A stretch of 64,000 bases of DNA from a virus: IMG/VR virus record IMGVR_UViG_3300025466_000015, one strand, 5' to 3'. Numbering within the stretch: position 1 is the stretch's first letter; the number at the start of each line of letters is the position of its first letter. Shown here in pieces: positions 60,794-64,000 of this stretch. A program made the translations under genes and the position numbers. A model generated the notes under the pieces. The model was not told the DNA's origin. It did not search any database and worked only from the letters and a program-made list of their open reading frames with translations.

Positions 60794-61573
60794 ATGCCTA
60801 ATTGGTGTTCAAATGTGGTAACAATCAGCCACGAGGATAAAGAAAAGATTGATATTCTGGAAAAAGAGTTTAGAAAAGACAATGAAAATTGTAAACCTTT
60901 TACACTCCTAAGGCCAATGCCTGACGAATACAAAGAAGGTGATTCTTGGTACATGTGGAATGTCACCAATTGGGGAACTAAATGGGAACCTTCCGTTGGT
61001 GGTGATGTTACCCGTGTAGACGATAACACATTGACCGTTATCATGGACACCGCATGGAGTCCTCCGGTTACTTTGTATGAATACATGGAAACAGAATTGG
61101 ATTACACCGTTGATGCCTATTACGAAGAATGTGGTATGGCTTTCTGTGGACACTATTCCGAAGGCTTTGATGACTACTATGAATATGGTGATATGTCTGC
61201 TGATGAACTAGAAGACAACCTTCCACCCGAAATCAACGAACACTTTGGTCTTGCTGACCGTAAACGAGACGAAGAAGACGAGGAAGAATGGAATGATGAT
61301 GCTTTTGACTTTGATGAGGATGAATCCGATACAGAGGATGATCCATATTCAATGTATGATGATTGGGAAAGAACTGGTTGGTTCCCCAAGAAAATCAAAC
61401 CAGCATACCTAGGAATGTATGAGATTAAAACCGAGTCATGGCCATTTGCTCAGTTTGGCCGTTGGGACGGTAAAAAGTGGTATGTCAGAGATGTAGATAT
61501 CAATGAATATGACATAGAGGTTAAAATTGATGAGTGGAGAGGACAGACAGAAAATGATCCAAGTAGAGATTGA
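60794..61573 (+). CDS. DUF1281/YubB-like ferredoxin-fold protein
   Basis: MPNWCSN, WYMWNVTNWGTKW, DTAWSPP, YYEECGMAFCG. Confidence 0.8.
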   Translation: MPNWCSNVVTISHEDKEKIDILEKEFRKDNENCKPFTLLRPMPDEYKEGDSWYMWNVTNWGTKWEPSVGGDVTRVDDNTLTVIMDTAWSPPVTLYEYMETELDYTVDAYYEECGMAFCGHYSEGFDDYYEYGDMSADELEDNLPPEINEHFGLADRKRDEEDEEEWNDDAFDFDEDESDTEDDPYSMYDDWERTGWFPKKIKPAYLGMYEIKTESWPFAQFGRWDGKKWYVRDVDINEYDIEVKIDEWRGQTENDPSRD

Positions 61574-61889
61574 CTTTTTCTGGACGCTCACCGAACAGAT
61601 ACCGTTAGACCTAGACTTTACACCCTGTGATAAATTCTCTAGACAACAGTATTTCAAATCACCGAATGCTTTGAGTTATCTGGTTTCTAATGGTGGAACT
61701 GTTGCTGCTTGGCATACTACTTCAGCACCAACCACCACCAACTTCCAAATCAAACCATCAAAGAATTATGCTGGTCATTGGGAAGTATCTGGTAAAGACT
61801 TTCGGATATTCCGAGAGAATCGTCCGTCCTGGCTTATCCGTAAGTTTAACCAATTGCTCATCGGTTGGGTTTGGGTGGACGACAAATAA
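61554..61889 (+). CDS. Hypothetical protein
   Basis: Coupled ORF ending RPSWLIRKFNQLLIGWVWVD. Confidence 0.55.
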   Translation: MIQVEIDFFWTLTEQIPLDLDFTPCDKFSRQQYFKSPNALSYLVSNGGTVAAWHTTSAPTTTNFQIKPSKNYAGHWEVSGKDFRIFRENRPSWLIRKFNQLLIGWVWVDDK

Positions 61890-61988
61890 CTTTACATTGT
61901 GACAACCACATTTAAGGACTAATCTCCCCTAGATACTGGAGGATAGTATAAGTACTATTCATTTCCAACCCAGTACTAGGAGAGAACC

Positions 61989-62330
61989 ATGGCAGATACA
62001 GATAACACAGTTGATACAACAACTGATACAACGGCAGCTCCAGCTGCTGACGCTACAGTAGATACTACAACAGCACCAGCTGACGATACAACTACTGATA
62101 CAACCACAGAGACACCAGAAAATGATGATAACATTGAGGTTGAGGATGATGAAACCGATGAGTCCGATGATTCTGAAGACGATGAAGAATTCGATGATGA
62201 GGACGATTCCGATGACGAAGAAGATGATACTGACGAGGAAGAAGATGAAGATGAGGACTCAGATGACGATGAGGAAGATGAAGATGATTCCGAGGATGAC
62301 TCTGATGAGGAAGAGGATGAACAAGCTTGA
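61989..62330 (+). CDS. Extremely acidic low-complexity protein
   Basis: SD AGGAG; no K, R or H; Thr-rich N half, D/E tract C half; TATAAGTA upstream. Confidence 0.7.
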   Translation: MADTDNTVDTTTDTTAAPAADATVDTTTAPADDTTTDTTTETPENDDNIEVEDDETDESDDSEDDEEFDDEDDSDDEEDDTDEEEDEDEDSDDDEEDEDDSEDDSDEEEDEQA

Positions 62331-62382
62331 CATTAAGCTTTAATTGAGATATAATAGAAGGACCTTTCGGGGTCCTTTTTTT
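62327..62382 (+). promoter_or_regulatory. Promoter TTGACA-17-TATAAT abutting a UUCG terminator
   Basis: -35 at 62327, -10 at 62350; AAGGACCT-TTCG-GGGTCCTT+T run 62358-62382. Confidence 0.78.
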
Positions 62383-62707
62383 ATGCTCAAGGAATCATAT
62401 GACGAATAGAGAACATCTGATACATGACATTGAATTCTACCTAATCACAGAACATGTAAAGAAAATGTCTGGTAACTATAATGAACAAAAAACGTTAACC
62501 AAAGAAGAGGTTGACACGTTGCTATCCAGAGCAGTACGATATTTGATAGAGAACAAAGGACCAGACAATGGGTAAACTGTTTCAAAGAATCATAGAGAGA
62601 ATCACAAGTTCCACTACCAGAACCACCACAAAGAACATGAAGACTGGTAAGAGAACCACTACAACTACCACAAAGAAAAGAAAAACACCTAAGAGACCTA
62701 AGAAAAG

Positions 62708-62941
62708 ATGACACCTAGACAACAAGCAATATGGGAAAAGGCTGGTAGAATGGCTCTAAGAGAAACTGAAGATATCAATGAAGGTCAATTTGATGATTTG
62801 TTTTATAGAGTCGCTCTAGACTATTATACCAATATGCTGATAGAAGATATTAAGAGAGACCAGAAAAGACAGGTGGATGAACTGAAAGAACGTAGGAGTT
62901 TATCTAAGTTGGCAAAATGGGGTCCTATTGAGAAGGCCTAG
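62708..62941 (+). CDS. Hypothetical protein
   Basis: 77-aa ORF. Confidence 0.5.
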   Translation: MTPRQQAIWEKAGRMALRETEDINEGQFDDLFYRVALDYYTNMLIEDIKRDQKRQVDELKERRSLSKLAKWGPIEKA

Positions 62942-62958
62942 GGAAAAAATTTTACAGG

Positions 62959-63594
62959 ATGAAAAAAGTGATAACGAAACAAATGATTGATGAAACAGAA
63001 GGTAGTAACGTTTATGTCTACCTTGATAAAAAGTCCGTTGCAGTCAAAATTGGTAAAGCAGATGATATTGAAGAACGTCTTTCTCAATTACAAACTGGTA
63101 ATCCAAACACACTTGAACTCCTGTATTACATTCCGTGTGATAACAAGTACGAAGCCTTTGAGTTAGAGGCAGAACTACATGCAAAGTACCAATACCTATG
63201 GATTAGGGGTGAATGGTTTATCTATGATGAAAAAGTATTCAACCAAGTACTTGCAGAGAAACTCAATACAAAACGCAAAGAAAAAAGAAAAGCACTATCC
63301 GTTAGTACGCTGTATGGTGAGGTAGAGTATTTTGGTAACAAGAATACTCCTAGATGTTTCTTTTATCCTAACCAAATGGCACAAATATTACATGGATATG
63401 AAAAGGCTTTTAATATGAAAATGCCTTATAGAACCATGGCGTATCCAACCTATGGTAAAAGAATGATAGGAACAAACGAAACCGATAGAGTGTTTATCTC
63501 AACGAAGAAACACAATGAGAACTTGGAACTAAAAAGATTCCAAGAAGAAAAATTGAAATCCTCTGAGTCTACCCTGGAAAAATTTCTAGGATAG
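62959..63594 (+). CDS. GIY-YIG (T5orf172/MUG113-like) domain protein
   Basis: VYVY..VKIGKA..ERLSQLQTGNP..EAELH..RGEWF; C-terminal TLEKFL clamp-like motif. Confidence 0.82.
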   Translation: MKKVITKQMIDETEGSNVYVYLDKKSVAVKIGKADDIEERLSQLQTGNPNTLELLYYIPCDNKYEAFELEAELHAKYQYLWIRGEWFIYDEKVFNQVLAEKLNTKRKEKRKALSVSTLYGEVEYFGNKNTPRCFFYPNQMAQILHGYEKAFNMKMPYRTMAYPTYGKRMIGTNETDRVFISTKKHNENLELKRFQEEKLKSSESTLEKFLG

Positions 63595-63710
63595 AAAATA
63601 GTAGAAATTCGAAAATTGTGGGGAGCCCCAGAAAATAAATTATTGAAATAAAGAGTTTGACCATGGGGGGCTTTTTTTTAGCTCCACAGCTAGTCAACCA
63701 GCCCCCCCAT

Positions 63711-63741
63711 AAAAAAGACCGCTAGTAACCAGTACTAGCGG
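63711..63741 (-). terminator. Rho-independent terminator for the convergent minus-strand unit
   Basis: CCGCTAGT/ACTAGCGG stem with A6 on the + strand. Confidence 0.6.
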
Positions 63742-63864
63742 CCAAAAGAGTAGCGGTGTTCAGCTACCAGTACCTAGCTCACAGCCTTACCAGAATAATT
63801 CTAGCAAAGCAAATTTAATAGCAATAAAAGCGATAACCAAGAGTGCTATGGTCATAATATCTCC

Positions 63865-63999
63865 TTAAGCAGCCATACTGGTTACAACCACAGCGGATGG
63901 TTTGCGGTTGGCTTTGAGCGCCTTGGCACCAACGGGATTGGTCTTGGCGAGCAAGCGGTCAAGCTTTGCCTGTGCCTTAGCAATGGCAACCTCACGGCG
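63865..63999 (-). CDS. Ala/Lys-rich protein, 3' part (truncated by window end)
   Basis: ..RREVAIAKAQAKLDRLLAKTNPVGAKALKANRKPSAVVVTSMAA*; higher GC. Confidence 0.55.
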   Translation of the reverse strand, partial: RREVAIAKAQAKLDRLLAKTNPVGAKALKANRKPSAVVVTSMAA

Positions 64000-64000
64000 T

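Noticed and set aside
62122-62343. Met/Lys-rich alternative frame over the acidic gene (also 58314..58622)
   Set aside because: Artefact of GAT/GAA repeats read in the +1 frame
1-64000. Stop-codon reassignment or suppressor tRNA
   Set aside because: Core genes are full length in code 11, all three stops are used, and no CTA, TTA or TCA anticodon was found
1-64000. CRISPR array or cas genes
   Set aside because: No regularly spaced direct repeats; repeated motifs are tRNA arms or promoter boxes

Overview
64 kb segment of an AT-rich, large T4-like myophage genome in standard code 11, almost entirely on the + strand. Host-like genes (DUF3579-like, PbpG-like, homospermidine synthase) suggest a betaproteobacterial host; that is inference. 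The window carries the T4 core replication, recombination and transcription genes (uvsW 3' end, gp55, gp47, gp46, gp45, gp44, gp62, regA, gp43, uvsX, gp41, gp61, rnh) and nucleotide metabolism genes (dCMP deaminase, thyX, nrdA, nrdB, thioredoxin, DUF5664, MazG-like). It also has three free-standing homing endonucleases, two DUF4338-like paralogs, a six-gene glycosylation cluster, a block of putative capsid-targeted internal proteins and a spanin/GH19 lysis cassette. A ~7 kb array holds 27 tRNA genes covering all 20 amino acids, interleaved with at least six unannotated structured or tRNA-like RNAs. The most striking element lies just upstream of this array: an unannotated 32-codon leader ORF using 19 of the 20 amino acids, whose 3' end can pair with the 5' arm of an intrinsic terminator. 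This is the layout of a ribosome-sensing attenuator that could switch on the phage tRNA array when any host tRNA is depleted. Other highlights are a ROSE-like thermometer on hsp20, an 18-bp palindrome fixed 6 bp upstream of five sigma70 -35 boxes, boxA elements, a D-armless Gly-type mini-tRNA and a nested out-of-frame gene. All calls come from motif recognition by eye; no searches were run.
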